Shown here: piece after piece, positions 39,392 through 48,534 of the stretch
Position numbering within the stretch: the stretch's first letter is position 1
Layout of the letters: every line of letters begins with the position of its first letter
Origin: Flavobacteriales bacterium
GTDB lineage: Bacteria; Bacteroidota; Bacteroidia; Flavobacteriales_D; UBA2798
NCBI GenBank assembly: GCA_019694795.1
Contig: JAIBBF010000002.1
Coordinates: 86,500 to 150,499 of the forward strand
Reading direction: 5' to 3'
DNA length: 64,000 nt
Made by a program: the position numbers and the translations under genes
The notes under the pieces: model-generated
Databases searched by the model: none
The model's input: the letters and a program-made list of their open reading frames with translations, nothing else
Told to the model about the DNA's origin: nothing

Positions 39392-40617
39392 AGATTTTGA
39401 TTTTAACGCAATATTTTCCGCCCGAAGTTGGAGCACCGCAAAACCGCTTGTACGAATTAGCTATTCGTTTAAAAGAAAAAGGTGATGAGGTAACCATTTT
39501 AACGGCAATGCCGAATTATCCGAAGATGGAAATTCATGAAGGGTACAAAGGAAAATGGCGGGTGAAAGAAGAAATCAAAGGTTTAACTGTTCACCGCAGC
39601 TGGATTTATGTTTCGAATAAAAAGAGTATTGTCCGCCGACTTTTAAATTACTATTCATTTGTTTTTTCTGCATTCTGGGTGGGTTTATTCAGGATTCGCA
39701 AACAGGATATTTTATTGGTGGAGAGTCCGCCTTTATTCCTTGGAAAAACAGCCTGGTTATTGTCCCTCTTTAAACGATCGAAAATGATTTTTAACGTCAG
39801 CGATCTGTGGCCGGAGAGTGCGGAGAAACTTGGACTCGTAAATAATAAATTATTGTTGTGGGGAAGTTATAAACTGGAGGCCTTTTTATATCGCCGTTCA
39901 TGGCTGGTGAGTGGACAAACTCAGGGTATCGTAAAAGATATTCAGAAGCGTTTTCCAAAAAAGGATGTGGTGTGGTTGCCCAATGGCGTCAATGTCCGTT
40001 TGTTTGTACCACAGGAAAACGAAGCGAAAAGCTGGAGAACAGAAATCGGATTAAAAGCAGATGATTTTGTTTTGTTGTATGCGGGGATTATTGGTTATGC
40101 GCAGGGATTGGATATTCTTTTGAAAGCTGCAGAGCGATTAAAGACACATCAGCAGGTGAAATTCGTTCTATTGGGTTCTGGTCCCGAAAAAGAGCGATTA
40201 CTCGCGCTAAAACAGGAAATGCATTTGGACAATGTTCTGTTTCTGGATCCTGTTCCGAAAGCGAAAATGCCTGCCGTGGTAAGTGCAGCGGATGCAGCGG
40301 TTATTCCATTGCGAAAACTTGATTTATTTCTGGGAGCAATTCCTTCTAAATTATTTGAAAATCTCGCCATGAAAAAACCAATTCTGTTGGGTGTAGATGG
40401 TGAGGCCAGAGAATTATTTATCGAAAAGGGAAAAGGCGGATTGTATTTTGAACCGGATAATGACGAAGACCTTGCGGCTAAAGTGGAACTCCTGATTTCA
40501 AATCCGCATTTGGTAAAAGAACTGGGAGAAAACGGACATCGTTATGTTTCGGAGTATTTCGATTTGGATAAGATTGCTGAAGGTTTTAGAACGAAGCTGA
40601 TTGAAAAAATGAAATGA
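39388..40617 (+). CDS. glycosyltransferase family 4, WbuB/WcaI-like
   Basis: MKILILTQYFPPEVGAPQNRLYELAIRLKEKGDEVTILTAMPNYP is the characteristic WbuB-type N-terminus. Confidence 0.8.
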   Translation: MKILILTQYFPPEVGAPQNRLYELAIRLKEKGDEVTILTAMPNYPKMEIHEGYKGKWRVKEEIKGLTVHRSWIYVSNKKSIVRRLLNYYSFVFSAFWVGLFRIRKQDILLVESPPLFLGKTAWLLSLFKRSKMIFNVSDLWPESAEKLGLVNNKLLLWGSYKLEAFLYRRSWLVSGQTQGIVKDIQKRFPKKDVVWLPNGVNVRLFVPQENEAKSWRTEIGLKADDFVLLYAGIIGYAQGLDILLKAAERLKTHQQVKFVLLGSGPEKERLLALKQEMHLDNVLFLDPVPKAKMPAVVSAADAAVIPLRKLDLFLGAIPSKLFENLAMKKPILLGVDGEARELFIEKGKGGLYFEPDNDEDLAAKVELLISNPHLVKELGENGHRYVSEYFDLDKIAEGFRTKLIEKMK

Positions 40618-41882
40618 AAAAAGTGAATGAAATAGAAAAAGGTTTTGGAAGTCCTGCATTCTGGGGATTCTCCATTCTCCTTTTGCTTATTCCCATTCAA
40701 CCTTCCCTTGTTCCTGCAGCGGTATTGTTATTTATATTATTATCCTTTTTCGAAATCCGTCAATTTCGGTTTGACTCAAGTTTTTTAAAACGTAGTTTCC
40801 TGCTTCCCGGATTGTTTTTGTTTTATGTGCTGGGATTGATCTGGACCGAACACATGGATTTAGGTTCTGCATCCATTGAACGAAAACTGGCCTTTTTCTT
40901 TTTGCCTGTCCTGTTTACTTTTCTTCCTGCGTTTAGCAAGGCCCAACAACGAACTTTCCCCCTCATTTTTTCATTGGGAATTTTCATCAATCTTATTTTA
41001 TCTTTTTCCCAAGCCATTCCTTGTTATTCCGAAACCGGTGCGCGCGATTGTTTTTATTCATCCGCATTTTCTTACGAATTACATCCCAGCTATAATGCCA
41101 TGTATGTATTAATGGCCATGGCCTGGTTGTGTTTCGAGTATTTGTTTTCGGGTCCTCCACTCAAATCTTCTGCATTCCTGTTATTTCTCTTTGCGCAATT
41201 AACAGGAATTGTCTTTATCGTGTTATTGGCGAGTAAAGCGGGATTACTGGGATTGGTTTTTCTGTTTTTGTTTTTAGGTCTGAGTTATGTATTCAAGACC
41301 GGAAAATGGAAACTCCTTATTGGGGGAGTATTGTTTTTGATCTTGTCCTTTTTCGTTTTAAATTTTATTTCTCCCTTGCCATTGGAGCGCTTTAAAGCGG
41401 CCATGAATAACCGGGAATTAAGCGAAGAAGAATTATTTGCACAATCTGCAGCCAGTACCGAAAGTAATGCAGTACGAAGAATGATCTGGATCGTTTCGGA
41501 TGAAATTATTGCGGAACATCCATTCGGCGTTGGCACAGGTGATGTGTATCCTTCATTGGAAGAAAAATACAAAGAAAGAGGAATGACCGGTGCGCTGGAT
41601 CGTTCGTTGAATGCGCACTCGCAGTTTAAGCAGAGTACCATTGCTTTGGGGTGGACCGGTTTATTGGTTTTACTTTTGGTTTTTATTTATCCTTTGTTTT
41701 TTGCGCTGAAGCGAAGAGTAGGATTAGTGGTGTTTTTTCTGTTGTTGGTGAGTTTGAATTTACTTGTTGAATCGATGTTTGAAGTGCAGGGTGGGGTTGT
41801 GTTTTTTGCTGTGTTATATAGTTTTCTGCTCAAACATAAATTGAGCGAAGAAGAAATGAATAGTGATAAAAATTTAGAATGA
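40614..41882 (+). CDS. O-antigen ligase/polymerase family membrane protein (Wzy_C domain)
   Basis: More than 10 TM segments and a large periplasmic loop with NAHSQFKQSTIALGWTGLL (conserved His loop of the WaaL/Wzy_C family). Confidence 0.75.
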   Translation: MKKVNEIEKGFGSPAFWGFSILLLLIPIQPSLVPAAVLLFILLSFFEIRQFRFDSSFLKRSFLLPGLFLFYVLGLIWTEHMDLGSASIERKLAFFFLPVLFTFLPAFSKAQQRTFPLIFSLGIFINLILSFSQAIPCYSETGARDCFYSSAFSYELHPSYNAMYVLMAMAWLCFEYLFSGPPLKSSAFLLFLFAQLTGIVFIVLLASKAGLLGLVFLFLFLGLSYVFKTGKWKLLIGGVLFLILSFFVLNFISPLPLERFKAAMNNRELSEEELFAQSAASTESNAVRRMIWIVSDEIIAEHPFGVGTGDVYPSLEEKYKERGMTGALDRSLNAHSQFKQSTIALGWTGLLVLLLVFIYPLFFALKRRVGLVVFFLLLVSLNLLVESMFEVQGGVVFFAVLYSFLLKHKLSEEEMNSDKNLE

Positions 41883-41883
41883 T

Positions 41884-43107
41884 ATGAGTTTACTTCCATT
41901 TTCTCCTCCGCGGATGGACGAAAAAATCACCGAGGCGGTGACTGAAGTTTTATTATCGGGATGGATCACTACCGGACCGAAAACAAAATTATTCGAGAAA
42001 AAACTCACGGAATATACCGGGAGTAAATCCACATTGTGTTTGAATTCCGCAACGGCTGGATTGGAAATTATGCTTCGCTGGTTTGGTGTTGGAGAGGGCG
42101 ATGAAGTGATTGTTCCTGCCTATACCTATTCGGCCACTGCCAATGTATGCATGCATGTAGGTGCGCGACCTGTATTGGTGGATACCAATCCGGATGATTT
42201 TAATATTTCCATCAATGCCATTCGTGCAGCCATTACAGATCGTACCAAAGTGATTATGCCGGTCGATTTTGCAGGGATGCCTTGCGATATGGATGCCATT
42301 ATGCAATTGGTGAACAGCAAAGAAATGGTATTGAAATTTCGTCCCGCCAACGATATTCAGCAGCGGTTGGGACGCATCATGGTCTTGAGTGACGCTGCTC
42401 ATTCCATTGGCGCAGTTTACAAAGGGAAACGGACCGGTTCACTCTGTGATGTAGCTGTATTTTCATTTCACGCCGTGAAAAATCTTACCACGGCAGAAGG
42501 TGGTGCGGTAGCTTTAAATTTTCCTGAGCCATTCGATAACGAAGCGATTTACAAATACCTCTGCATAAAAACATTGCATGGTCAGAATAAAGACGCATTA
42601 GCAAAAACGCAAAAAGGCGGATGGCGCTATGATATTATTGAGCCCGGATACAAATGCAATATGATGGATATTCAGGCCGCTATCGGATTGGTGGAGTTGG
42701 AGCGTTATGATAATGATAATTTAGTTCGGCGCAAGCAAATTGTACAGATGTACAATGATACATTTGCCAATGAAAAATGGGCTCAGATTCCCATGCATCA
42801 CGATGAAAACCGCGAGTCGAGTTACCATTTATATCCATTGCGATTAAAAGGTGTAAGCGAAGAACAAAGAGATAAAATTATCGATGAGATTTTTAATCAT
42901 GATATTAGTGTGAATGTCCATTTTATTCCACTGCCCTTACTGAGTTTTTACAAGAATTACGGTTTTAAAATGGAAGATTATCCCGTAGCCTACGATAATT
43001 ATTCCCGCGAAATTACGTTGCCTCTCTATTATCAGTTGAGCGATGAAAATGTACAACGCGTAATTAGCGCAGTGAAAGAATCCGTTAATCGCATATTGAA
43101 TTCGTGA
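41884..43107 (+). CDS. DegT/DnrJ/EryC1/StrS family sugar aminotransferase
   Basis: PLP-lysine motif FSFHAVKNLTTAEGG. Overall PglE/EpsN-like sequence. Confidence 0.9.
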   Translation: MSLLPFSPPRMDEKITEAVTEVLLSGWITTGPKTKLFEKKLTEYTGSKSTLCLNSATAGLEIMLRWFGVGEGDEVIVPAYTYSATANVCMHVGARPVLVDTNPDDFNISINAIRAAITDRTKVIMPVDFAGMPCDMDAIMQLVNSKEMVLKFRPANDIQQRLGRIMVLSDAAHSIGAVYKGKRTGSLCDVAVFSFHAVKNLTTAEGGAVALNFPEPFDNEAIYKYLCIKTLHGQNKDALAKTQKGGWRYDIIEPGYKCNMMDIQAAIGLVELERYDNDNLVRRKQIVQMYNDTFANEKWAQIPMHHDENRESSYHLYPLRLKGVSEEQRDKIIDEIFNHDISVNVHFIPLPLLSFYKNYGFKMEDYPVAYDNYSREITLPLYYQLSDENVQRVISAVKESVNRILNS

Positions 43108-43694
43108 AGCGTATTTTCGATATTGTTTCATCACTGGTGGTGCTTTTAGTGCTCTCACCGTTTTTTATTTTGCTGGCGATTGCAATTGTGGTCGACAGTC
43201 GTGGTGGTGTTTTCTATCGCCAGATTCGTGTTGGAAGAAACGGTAGGGAATTTGGTTTGTATAAATTTCGTTCCATGGTTAGCCATGCCGATAAAAAAGG
43301 AGAACTAACAGTTGGAAAAAAAGATAGCCGCATCACCCGGGTTGGTGCATTTATCCGTAAGTACAAACTCGATGAATTCCCGCAGTTGATTAATATTATT
43401 AAGGGCGATATGAGTATTGTAGGACCACGCCCCGAAGTTCCGCGTTACGTCAATCTTTATTCGCAGGAACAAAAAAAAGTATTAAGTGTTCGTCCCGGTT
43501 TAACCGATTTCGCTTCGCTGGAATACATCAATGAAAATGAACTGTTAGGTAAATCCGCCGATCCGGAAAGGACCTATATTGATGAAATTATGCCGGCCAA
43601 GTTAGAATTGAATCTCAAGTATATTCGGGAGCAGGGGATGTTGACCGACCTAAAAATTATTTTCCGAACCCTATTTAAAATTTTTCGCAAATGA
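43104..43694 (+). CDS. small monotopic phosphoglycosyl transferase (bacterial sugar transferase, PglC-like)
   Basis: One N-terminal re-entrant helix, YKFRSM and LDEFPQLINIIKGDMSIVGPRPE. GTG start overlapping the upstream stop. Confidence 0.9.
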   Translation: MKRIFDIVSSLVVLLVLSPFFILLAIAIVVDSRGGVFYRQIRVGRNGREFGLYKFRSMVSHADKKGELTVGKKDSRITRVGAFIRKYKLDEFPQLINIIKGDMSIVGPRPEVPRYVNLYSQEQKKVLSVRPGLTDFASLEYINENELLGKSADPERTYIDEIMPAKLELNLKYIREQGMLTDLKIIFRTLFKIFRK

Positions 43695-44116
43695 TCCATT
43701 ATCCCGTAAAACTGGAACTACGTATCGACTGGAGTGAAATGGATTTATTTGGTCACGTCAACAACGTTTCATATTTTAAATATGTGCAGGCTTCGAGAGT
43801 GAATTATTGGGAGAAAACAGGTGTTATTGATGAGCACATGAACGAAGGTATTGGTCCAATGCTCGTATCCTGCAAATGCGATTTTAAAGCACCGCTTCAT
43901 TATCCCGGTTCATTTATCATAGAAGCGGGTGTGGCGCAGGTAGGGAATACTTCCTTCACCATTCGTCACCGAATAATCGATTCCACGGGAAAACTTTGCG
44001 CTGAGGCAGAAGATGTCATTGTTATGTTTAATTATAAAAACAATGAGAAAGTCAGAGTGCCGGATGATCTTCGTTCAAGCATTGATCGCATTCAACAATC
44101 GCTTTCCGGTAATTAA
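43691..44116 (+). CDS. acyl-CoA thioesterase (4HBT/hotdog fold, YbgC-like)
   Basis: RIDWSEMDLFGHVNNVSYFKYVQ is the typical 4HBT N-terminal catalytic region. Confidence 0.75.
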   Translation: MIHYPVKLELRIDWSEMDLFGHVNNVSYFKYVQASRVNYWEKTGVIDEHMNEGIGPMLVSCKCDFKAPLHYPGSFIIEAGVAQVGNTSFTIRHRIIDSTGKLCAEAEDVIVMFNYKNNEKVRVPDDLRSSIDRIQQSLSGN

Positions 44117-44706
44117 TATTCATCGATGTATTTTTTTCTGGAATAAAAGGATTGTCTGGGACTTAACCTTGCTACTGGAATAATTAGGTTTAAGTCAAAT
44201 GCAGTATGATGTAAATCGGGTATTTTATTTTTTTCCCAATTGAAAAACCGATGAGTAATGGAAAGATTTATTAAAGATGCCCCGGTGCCAATTCGGAGGC
44301 CCAAATATCCGGTGCTGTTTTCCAAATAATACAAGCGACCATAAGTTAGCCCCATTCCCCATAGATTGTATAAAATAAGGCTTAAATCCCAACCCCTTAT
44401 ATTGGTAGTTTTATCAGTCTTATAATTGGCGATGATTCCAAAAAATTTTGAATACTCAAACATTTCCATAACAGAATAAGCAATCCCAATGCTGTAAACC
44501 GGGTATTTGAAACTTTCCACCGAACCGGAAATACCTATGAAGGAGGGGACATGTCCGTCTACATAGGGCCATTTATAACTAAAGTTTTCGGTGTGTAAGA
44601 TATAACGATCGCCGTTCTCATCCTTTAATGTATCACTCTGCGAATACAGGGTAGAATGAATGACCATGAAGAATAAAATAAAAACGACCTTCGGGTGGAA
44701 TCCCAT
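44113..44706 (-). CDS. hypothetical secreted protein, paralog A
   Basis: Signal-like N-terminus. Shares YKWPY, G(S/F)xESF(K/R)xP(V/L)YS(I/V)G and HRFFNWEKNKIP(D/E)LHHT with the next gene. The ATG at 44706 is preferred over the TTG at 44715. Confidence 0.55.
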   Translation of the reverse strand: MGFHPKVVFILFFMVIHSTLYSQSDTLKDENGDRYILHTENFSYKWPYVDGHVPSFIGISGSVESFKYPVYSIGIAYSVMEMFEYSKFFGIIANYKTDKTTNIRGWDLSLILYNLWGMGLTYGRLYYLENSTGYLGLRIGTGASLINLSITHRFFNWEKNKIPDLHHTAFDLNLIIPVARLSPRQSFYSRKKYIDEY

Positions 44707-44775
44707 TTTATTCAAATTTAATTTAAGATAATTGATTCTTGATAAATGTATGGCTTCAAGAATGATATTATAATA

Positions 44776-45351
44776 CTATTCGTTTTTCGAAATTCTTATC
44801 CCCGGAATTAAAAAATTCACCATTAAAACGGTATGATGAAGTTCCGGTATTTTATTTTTTTCCCAGTTGAAAAATCTATGCATAATAGCCACATTAAAAA
44901 ATGTTGTTCCGACTGAGAATATGATTCCAAAATAATTTGTTTGATTTCCCTCGTGTTTTAAAGAACCATAAGTTGTCCCAATTCCTATTCGCGACCTCGC
45001 AATTAAATTAATGTCCCACCCACTCACCTGATTGTTTTGGTTAAATTTATATCTTCCTTCAATTCCGCAAAAGGCTGCCCTTGGTTCGTTAAATGATGTA
45101 TAAATAGGGAATGAAAATAGATTATAGCTTAATCCCACACTATACAGTGGTGATCTGAAACTTTCAAAAGAACCGTTAATACCAATGTATGCAGGAATAA
45201 TTCCTAAATAGGGCCATTTGTATTTTTCTTCGGGCAAATACTCCGGTTTTTGTTGCAAATGGTAATTGGTAGTCAACCTCTGTGAGCAATGACCCGACAA
45301 AGGATAAATCAAGCCAATTAAAATAAAAACGACCGTAGATTTTAATCTCAT
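44776..45351 (-). CDS. hypothetical secreted protein, paralog B
   Basis: Tandem paralog of 44113-44706. The ATG at 45351 is preferred over the TTG at 45366. Confidence 0.55.
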   Translation of the reverse strand: MRLKSTVVFILIGLIYPLSGHCSQRLTTNYHLQQKPEYLPEEKYKWPYLGIIPAYIGINGSFESFRSPLYSVGLSYNLFSFPIYTSFNEPRAAFCGIEGRYKFNQNNQVSGWDINLIARSRIGIGTTYGSLKHEGNQTNYFGIIFSVGTTFFNVAIMHRFFNWEKNKIPELHHTVLMVNFLIPGIRISKNE

Positions 45352-45359
45352 ACGGTCGT
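45321..45359 (-). terminator. rho-independent terminator after the deoxynucleoside kinase gene, overlapping the start of paralog B
   Basis: The minus strand reads ACGACCGTA-(13 nt loop)-TACGGTCGT followed by TTTTTATTT. The paralog B ATG lies in the loop. Confidence 0.55.
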
Positions 45360-45390
45360 AAAACAAGTAATGGGGTATAAAAGTTACAGC

Positions 45391-46050
45391 TTATTTGCTT
45401 TTTGCTTTTTTCTTTTCTTTTTCAGGAATCTCGGTAAATAATCCACTTCCCATTTCAGCATCAATGCTGCGGATGATTAATCCAAGATCTTCTTTGGAGG
45501 AATGGAATTTATTATTGTCGACATCAATCACCAACAATTTTCCTTTATCGTATTGCGAAATCCAGGCTTCGTAACGTTCGTTCAAACGCTTGAGGTAGTC
45601 CAGACGAATGCTTTCTTCATATTCGCGTCCGCGTGCCTGAATGTGATTCACCAGCGTGGGTACACTGGAGCGTAAATAAATAAGTAAATCAGGAGCAGCA
45701 ACAAACGATTCCATATGCGAGAACAGCGAAAAATAATTTTCGAAATCGCGCGAGGTCATAAGGCCCATGGAATGAAGATTGGGTGCAAAGATGTAGGCAT
45801 CCTCATAAATGGTACGGTCCTGAATAATGTTTTTCTGATTACGATGAATGTCGAGGATTTGCTGGAATCGGTTATTCAAAAAGTAAATCTGAAGATTGAA
45901 GGACCAGCGTTGCATATCCTCGTAAAAATCGTTGATGTAGGGATTGGTGGATACGTCCTCATAATGCGCTTCCCATTTATAATGGTTGGCCAATAAAGTA
46001 GTGAGGGTGGTCTTTCCGGAACCGATGTTACCAGCAATGGCGATATGCAT
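45391..46050 (-). CDS. deoxynucleoside kinase
   Basis: P-loop IAIAGNIGSGKTT, IQDRTIYED (ERS/DRH-type motif) and a dCK/dGK-like length of 219 aa. Confidence 0.88.
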   Translation of the reverse strand: MHIAIAGNIGSGKTTLTTLLANHYKWEAHYEDVSTNPYINDFYEDMQRWSFNLQIYFLNNRFQQILDIHRNQKNIIQDRTIYEDAYIFAPNLHSMGLMTSRDFENYFSLFSHMESFVAAPDLLIYLRSSVPTLVNHIQARGREYEESIRLDYLKRLNERYEAWISQYDKGKLLVIDVDNNKFHSSKEDLGLIIRSIDAEMGSGLFTEIPEKEKKKAKSK

Positions 46051-46135
46051 AGGTTAAAAATTTTATTATTGACCGAAAATAAGAAATAATCCCTCAATAC
46101 AATCAGGAAAAATAAATTTAAAAGGATGGATTTTT

Positions 46136-46924
46136 TTAATGAAAATAGATCCCCAATCCATCCTCACCCAGCAGGTAGAGTTGCTTGCCCTCTATTCGGA
46201 AAGTCTTGATTTTCTTAATAGGTAGAAGGATTTCGCGCTGTTCGAATGAGAGCATATCATAGCGCATCAGCTGATCGCCGGAGAGGTAAAAAATAAAATT
46301 ATCAACAACCTGAAAATAGTCGAGACCTTTTACAGGTATGGTTTTGAAGTAGGTTCCGAACTGATCAAAAACCAAAATTCCGCTTTCGGGATTGTTCAGA
46401 TAAAGCATGTTATTGTACTCCGTCATGAAGTTCGGATCGAGGTCCTGTCCTGTCACCTGGGTGATGTTTCCCGAATTACGAATGAGTTTGAAATTATGAT
46501 CGAATCGTTTTAAACTGAATTCGTCGGTATCGTAAAACCAAAGGCTGTTGTTGTTCGGACTCTGACAGACGAGTCGCGCAAATTGCAATCCGAGTTTTTC
46601 AAGTTTTACCGGTTCACCCTGAATGCTGAGTGTATTATCTAAAATGGCAATCTGATTAAGGTCGCGGTAAAACAATAATAAGCGCAATCCGTTCGAGGCA
46701 TCCATGGAACTGATCCATCCCAGCCATTTATAACTTTGGGTGGATAAAGAATCGCCTTTTGCATTGAATTTGGTAATCTGATCTTTGTTCAATACATAAC
46801 AATTCCCCAGGTTGTCGGTGGTCATGCCCGTATTGTGAATGTGGACTTCCCGTATTAATTGCACCGTAGTAGCACTGTCGGGTGAACTCAGAAAAAGGGA
46901 TGCTATGAAAAAAATATTCATCAT
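46136..46924 (-). CDS. hypothetical secreted protein (beta-rich, possibly propeller-like)
   Basis: Signal-like N-terminus MMNIFFIASLFLSS. The start overlaps the stop of the upstream GH3 gene. No motif recognised. Confidence 0.5.
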   Translation of the reverse strand: MMNIFFIASLFLSSPDSATTVQLIREVHIHNTGMTTDNLGNCYVLNKDQITKFNAKGDSLSTQSYKWLGWISSMDASNGLRLLLFYRDLNQIAILDNTLSIQGEPVKLEKLGLQFARLVCQSPNNNSLWFYDTDEFSLKRFDHNFKLIRNSGNITQVTGQDLDPNFMTEYNNMLYLNNPESGILVFDQFGTYFKTIPVKGLDYFQVVDNFIFYLSGDQLMRYDMLSFEQREILLPIKKIKTFRIEGKQLYLLGEDGLGIYFH

Positions 46925-48432
46925 TGCTTCATGATACTTAAAACTTCTTCCATCACTTTTCGGTCGTTGCACAAACGGGGGATTTTATGTTGACCTCCCA
47001 ATTTGTTTTTCGATTTTAACCATGCATAAAATGTGCCATTCGCCGCCGCGTGGAGGAGGGGTGGACGAAGATTCAGGTTTTTTGAACGTTTGGCTTCGTA
47101 ATCGGAATTGAGGGATTTTAGCGCATTATCCAAAACTTCCGCGAAGAAGGATAAATTCTCAGGCGCTTTTTCAAATTCAACCACCCATTCATGTCCCCCC
47201 GCTTCATTTCCCTGCATATAAATCGGAGCGGCAGTAAAATCCTTCACCATGCAATGGGTGCGCTCTGAGGCAATCGCAATGGCTTTTTCGGCATTTTCAA
47301 CGATCAACTCTTCACCAAAGGCATTGATGAATTGTTTGGTTCTTCCTGTTATTACAAAGCGATAGGGATAAGTAGAAGTGAATTTAAGTGTATCGCCAAT
47401 GACATATCGCCATAAACCTGCATTGGTGGAAATAACCAGTGCATAATTTTTTCCGATTTCTACATCTTTCAGGTGAATGACATTCGGATGCTCTTTACCG
47501 AAATCTTCCATTGGAATAAACTCATAAAAAACACCATAATCCAGCATCAGTAACATCTCTTCCTTATCCGTTGTGTCTTGTATGCCAAAAAATCCTTCAG
47601 AGGCATTGTAGGTCTCCACATAATTCATTTCATCCTTTCGGATGATGGCTTTGAATTGTTCTTTGTAGGGTGCAAAACTTACACCGCCATGCATGAATAG
47701 TTCCAGTCGAGGCCATACATCGGCAATGTTATCCTTGCCTTTTATCTCCAGAATACGTCGCATTAAAACAAGGGTCCAGGAAGGAACACCTGCAATAATA
47801 TATACATCTTCGTCCATGGTAGAACGAGCCATTTTTTCAATTTTATCTTCCCAGTTTTCCATCAGCGCAATTTCGCGGCTCGGCGTTCTGCGGAACTCTA
47901 CCCAAAAGGGAAGATTTTTTAAAATGATGGCCGATAAATCGCCGAAATAGGAATCTTCATTGAGATAATTTACCTGCGCACTTCCCCCTACAATGAGCGT
48001 TTTTCCCTTGTACAATTTCCGGTTAGGGTGATTGTGAACGTAAATCGACAGAAGATCTTTGCCGCCTTTATAGTGACAATCCTCCAATGCTTCTTTACTC
48101 ACGGGAATAAACTTGCTTTTTTCTGAAGTGGTACCCGAAGATTTGGCAAACCACTTTATTTCCGTTGGCCACAATAAATTTTGTTCGCCATTTACCAGGC
48201 GGTCAACATAAGGTTTAAGGTCCTCATAATTTTGTAAAGGAACCTCTTGCTTAAATCTTTCATAGGAATTTATCGATGCAAAATGATGCATTTTCCCAAA
48301 TTCGGTGTCCTTGGCCGTATGAATTAATTTTTCGAACCACTCCTGCTGTACCTCAATAGGGTATTTAAGAAACAAATCGATTTGATGCATTCGTTTCTTG
48401 ATGAGCCAGGAAAAAATGGAGTTGAACGGCAT
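46921..48432 (-). CDS. GH3 family (auxin-responsive GH3-like acyl-acid amido synthetase fold) protein
   Basis: 503 aa. N-terminal LFLKYPIEVQQEWFEKLI..., FAKSSGTTSEKSKFIPVS (adenylation P-loop-like SSGTT) and YNASEGFF, all typical of bacterial GH3 proteins. Confidence 0.85.
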   Translation of the reverse strand: MPFNSIFSWLIKKRMHQIDLFLKYPIEVQQEWFEKLIHTAKDTEFGKMHHFASINSYERFKQEVPLQNYEDLKPYVDRLVNGEQNLLWPTEIKWFAKSSGTTSEKSKFIPVSKEALEDCHYKGGKDLLSIYVHNHPNRKLYKGKTLIVGGSAQVNYLNEDSYFGDLSAIILKNLPFWVEFRRTPSREIALMENWEDKIEKMARSTMDEDVYIIAGVPSWTLVLMRRILEIKGKDNIADVWPRLELFMHGGVSFAPYKEQFKAIIRKDEMNYVETYNASEGFFGIQDTTDKEEMLLMLDYGVFYEFIPMEDFGKEHPNVIHLKDVEIGKNYALVISTNAGLWRYVIGDTLKFTSTYPYRFVITGRTKQFINAFGEELIVENAEKAIAIASERTHCMVKDFTAAPIYMQGNEAGGHEWVVEFEKAPENLSFFAEVLDNALKSLNSDYEAKRSKNLNLRPPLLHAAANGTFYAWLKSKNKLGGQHKIPRLCNDRKVMEEVLSIMKQ

Positions 48433-48534
48433 GTCGGAAAAATAAGAAAAAGTACAATGGTAACCTCTTTTCTAAGCGGAATAAAATGAAAAATTAAGGT
48501 TTGGAGTCGGCTTTTGTATTAAATTGCGGCACTC

